Made by a program: the position numbers and the translations under genes. From assembly GCA_964562635.1 (NCBI GenBank), contig CAZLUL010000002.1, positions 1-46,107 of the forward strand: 46,107 bases of DNA. Direction: 5' to 3'. Each line of letters begins with the position of its first letter. The stretch's first letter is position 1. Positions 45,367 through 46,107 of this stretch are shown piece after piece. The notes under the pieces are model-generated. The model saw only the letters and a program-made list of their open reading frames with translations, had not been told where the DNA came from and searched no databases. This stretch comes from an uncultured Fibrobacteraceae bacterium. GTDB taxonomy: Bacteria; Krumholzibacteriota; Krumholzibacteriia; LZORAL124-64-63.

Positions 45367-45582
45367 CTACTTCTTGCCGTAGGTTCCCTCGGCGTAGCGT
45401 TTGCGGAAGCGTTCCACGCGACCAGCAGTATCGACGATCTTCTGCTGACCCGTGTAGAACGGGTGGCAGTTCGAGCAGATCTCGACATTCAGCTTTTCTT
45501 TGGTCGACCGGGTCTCAATCACGTTGCCACACAAGCAAGAGATGGTGCAGTCGACGTACTTCGGGTGGATGTTCTTCTTCAT
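45367..45582 (-). CDS. rpmE: 50S ribosomal protein L31, Zn-binding type
   Basis: MKKNIHPKY, CxC...[10 protein letters not shown], and SD GAGGAAA. Trimmed from the track start at 45696. Confidence 0.93.
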   Translation of the reverse strand: MKKNIHPKYVDCTISCLCGNVIETRSTKEKLNVEICSNCHPFYTGQQKIVDTAGRVERFRKRYAEGTYGKK

Positions 45583-45787
45583 TTTCCTCACTGCCTCGTT
45601 TTCTAGACGTCGCGCTGGTCTTCGCAGAGATGTCGCGGATGAGCCGTGGAAAATACACGGGTCCGGATCCCTGAATTCCTGTTGAACACCGGTCAATTAC
45701 TAGGCGAGCCGGTGAGGGCAAAAAGAAATAGAAGATAGGCCCTGACGCAAGGTATTTCTGCGGTGCCGATCTTCCCCAAACAGCCCG

Positions 45788-46107
45788 CTAGGCGTTCATA
45801 GCCCCCAGGAACTGGTCGTTATCCTTGGTTTTACCCAATTTGTCGATCAGGAATTCCATGGCCTCGGTCGGGTTGTAATCGTTCAAATACTTGCGCAAAA
45901 CCCAGATTTTCGCCAAATCCTTGGGATCGATCAGCAGATCCTCTTTACGCGTACCGGATTTGAAGATGTCCATGGCCGGATACACCCGGCGGTCGGCAAT
46001 CTTCCGGTCCAGCACCATTTCCATGTTACCGGTGCCCTTGAATTCCTCGAAAATGACCTCGTCCATGCGGCTGCCGGTCTCGATCAGGGCCGTAGCGATG
46101 ATCGTCA
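45788..46107 (-). CDS. rho: Transcription termination factor Rho, C-terminal fragment with the 5' part outside the window
   Basis: The frame is open to the window edge. It reads ...[47 protein letters not shown]. Confidence 0.93.
   Translation of the reverse strand, partial: TIIATALIETGSRMDEVIFEEFKGTGNMEMVLDRKIADRRVYPAMDIFKSGTRKEDLLIDPKDLAKIWVLRKYLNDYNPTEAMEFLIDKLGKTKDNDQFLGAMNA

Noticed and set aside
1-46107. Scan for CRISPR arrays, IS elements or inverted terminal repeats, integrases, toxin-antitoxin pairs, restriction-modification or other defence genes, and rRNA or tRNA genes
   Set aside because: None recognised. The only repeats are short (10-19 bp units, 2-3 copies). The lone methyltransferase has no nuclease or specificity partner and looks like a small-molecule or protein class I methyltransferase.

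Overview
46.1-kb GC-rich (about 60% by eye) chromosomal segment from a diderm bacterium whose lineage I cannot name from the sequence alone. I call 43 protein-coding genes, mostly on the minus strand and tightly packed, with several 1-4 nt junctions or overlaps. Most are core housekeeping genes: leuS, dnaB, coaBC, rpoZ, gmk, yicC, ispG, selB, murA, prmC, prfA, rpmE and the rho 3' end. There are also envelope and lipid-trafficking genes (AsmA family, mlaEFD, an LpxL-like acyltransferase, three beta-barrel OMP candidates). Regulators are two NtrC-type sigma-54 activators, one multi-pass histidine kinase, a TetR regulator and a GAF/HD-GYP protein. I saw no rRNA, tRNA, CRISPR array, transposase, integrase or phage gene, so this does not look like an accessory island, and I found no convincing multi-gene novel system. 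The strongest observation is a peroxiredoxin-like gene that the ORF track splits in two. The halves are joined in frame by one TGA at the first Cys of the WCPxC redox motif (U-x-x-C), a SECIS-like hairpin follows 12 nt downstream, and selB lies 28 kb away in the same window. Secondary observations are: two near-identical 22-bp palindromes built from DnaA-box-like 9-mers between dnaB and a methyltransferase; an unusual DUF4105-like plus TraB/GumN-like fusion protein next to the LpxL-like gene; a 19-nt-period tandem duplication of that gene's RBS region; a pseudo-receiver protein behind an AT-rich spacer downstream of an NtrC-type activator; and an NFACT/RqcH-like gene. All family assignments come from motif recognition by eye and need database confirmation.
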